Source of the DNA: Octopus vulgaris
Lineage: Eukaryota
Assembly: GCA_951406725.2 (NCBI GenBank)
Contig: OX597814.1
Location: 69,626,001-69,690,000, forward strand
Direction of reading: 5' to 3'
Length of the DNA stretch: 64,000 nt
Shown: in pieces, positions 62,441 to 64,000 of the stretch
How the letters are laid out: each line of letters opens with the position of its first letter
How positions within the stretch are numbered: the first letter of the stretch is position 1
Translations under genes and position numbers: made by a program
The notes under the pieces: model-generated
Database searches by the model: none
Seen by the model: the letters and a program-made list of their open reading frames with translations, nothing else
Told to the model about the DNA's origin: nothing

Positions 62441-64000
62441 TAATCAAAATAAGCAACAAGGATATCCAAGGTAGTGTAGTACAATCGTTTTATGCTACTT
62501 CATTTTATTAAACAATGTAAGTATTATATTAGTTTTAAATGTAGAGCAGTCTTCAGTCACATATAGAATTTTCCAATTAAATAGACAATGTACATTTTTA
62601 TACTTATTCCATTTGCCAACATTACAAAGAGGGTAGATATATAGACAGAGAGGTTAATTTCATCATTAAGAACATGGTAGTAGAAGGTCCTTCCCTATGG
62701 CCAGATTTTTTTATCACTGAGTTCACTTAGTTATTTAGATTTATCAATGGGGAGGGTTTAGAAGAAGGGGTAGTACAAATGTCAAAGAAATAAATCCAAC
62801 CCCATTATGAGGAATTTAACTTTGGCATATTTGTATGTATTTTAGCTAAAGTTAGCAGGCTGTGGGGTAGGGAGAATAGAGACTACTAATGCTCTAGAGA
62901 TTTCTAAGGTTCTTAACCATTCAACAGCCATAATCTTGTTTGTGATTTTAAATAAATATCCTTTAGATAGTTTTTTCCAACGGATTCCAATAAATTTTAG
63001 TATCTTATATAGGGATGGAGAATATAGAAATCATTTCATATTTATATAAATATATATCAATTTTTATTAATATAGATTTATAGTTAGTTAGTAAATAGTG
63101 ATTCATTTTTATTAATGAGTTAAACTAAAGGAATATGCTAGACATAATATTTATTACCTGTAAAAAAAAAACCTTATCAATTAGCACGTTGTCAAGAGCC
63201 TATAAGATATATTAAAATGTAATGGAAGGGAGGAAATCAGGATGACCTAAATAATTTCACTAGATATATGGAATATATTCAGTCCTATATAGGAAAGTAT
63301 GTGTAATTTATGCAATCCTATATAGGAAAGTATATGTAATTTATGCAATCCTATATAGGAAAGTATATGTAATGTTGGCAAATGGAATAAGTATAAAAAT
63401 GTACATTGACTATTTAATTGGAAAATTCTATATGCGGCTGAAGATTGCTCTACATTTAAAACTGATGTAATACTTACATTGTTTAATAAAATGAAGTAGC
63501 ATGAAATGATTGTACTACACTATCTTGGATATCCTTGTTGCTTATTTTGATTATAATCACCCCATTTGATTTATATGGATAATACCATACCAAATTCTGG
63601 TGCCTTTAAACTTAGGTACCATATTCATCTGAATCTAAATTTTGCTGAACTTTATATATATATATATATATATAAATTCTATAATTATGAGCATAATTAT
63701 AATTAGGGTTCAGCAAAATTTGCTTCACCACATACGGAAATTTAGAAATAGCAGTTAAAATACTATTCTACAACCATAATTCCAGTAATAAATCTAAATA
63801 ACAAAGTAACTTCCTGTGAAAAAATATCAGTTACTACTATGATATTGTTGATGAAACTTGTTCTTTGTCTATCTACTTACCCTCTTTGTGATTTTGGTTA
63901 ATGGAATAACTATACAAATGAATCCTTTGAATTTAAATTCTATATTTTTATTGCTCTACATTTTAAAACTGATGTAATATTTGCATTGTTCAGTTAAATG
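62441..64000. mobile_element. Decayed PLE-like pLTR array: inverted ~185-bp hammerhead-bearing repeats plus a third partial copy
   Basis: 62441-62626 is the reverse complement of 63368-63555; partial copy at 63950-64000. Confidence 0.65.
63433..63519 (+). ncRNA. Hammerhead motif (family related to the 62217 motif)
   Basis: UGCGG-CUGAAGA-UUGCU..AGCA-U-GAAA-UGAUU-GUA-CUACA. Confidence 0.62.

Noticed and set aside
63281-63725. ~34-bp triplicate (cctatataggaaagtat..) and small aaattttgctgaa/ttcagcaaaattt hairpin
   Set aside because: Short AT-rich local repeats with no evidence of function.
46621-64000. Additional dynein exons upstream (and in 1-9401 downstream)
   Set aside because: No dynein-like frames with splice sites found by eye; a short exon cannot be excluded without spliced alignment.

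Overview
AT-rich, repeat-dense animal genomic DNA. The SINE and RTE repeat complement is typical of Octopus/coleoid cephalopods; the species is inferred, not shown. The window lies inside one large minus-strand gene, an outer-arm axonemal dynein heavy chain (ciliary beta-type, DNAH9/11/17 family). Eight GT-AG exons (46620 down to 9402; 2088 nt, 696 codons) splice in frame and encode part of the N-terminal tail; both gene ends lie outside the window. The introns hold RTE LINEs of at least two families, tRNA-derived SINEs, several clades of Penelope-like elements (PLEs), two inverted copies of a non-autonomous Helitron plus an older Helitron, Tc1/mariner and TTAA MITEs, a Gypsy remnant, a young solo LTR, an RLE-type LINE remnant and a 100-N gap. 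The most notable hidden layer is structured RNA: about 13 minimal type-I hammerhead ribozyme motifs from about 7 sequence families, including a ~330-bp circularly permuted retrozyme-like unit and a tRNA-head/hammerhead PLE chimera. RTE 3' UTRs also carry tandem arrays of a predicted H-type pseudoknot. All calls are from reading the sequence; no searches were run.
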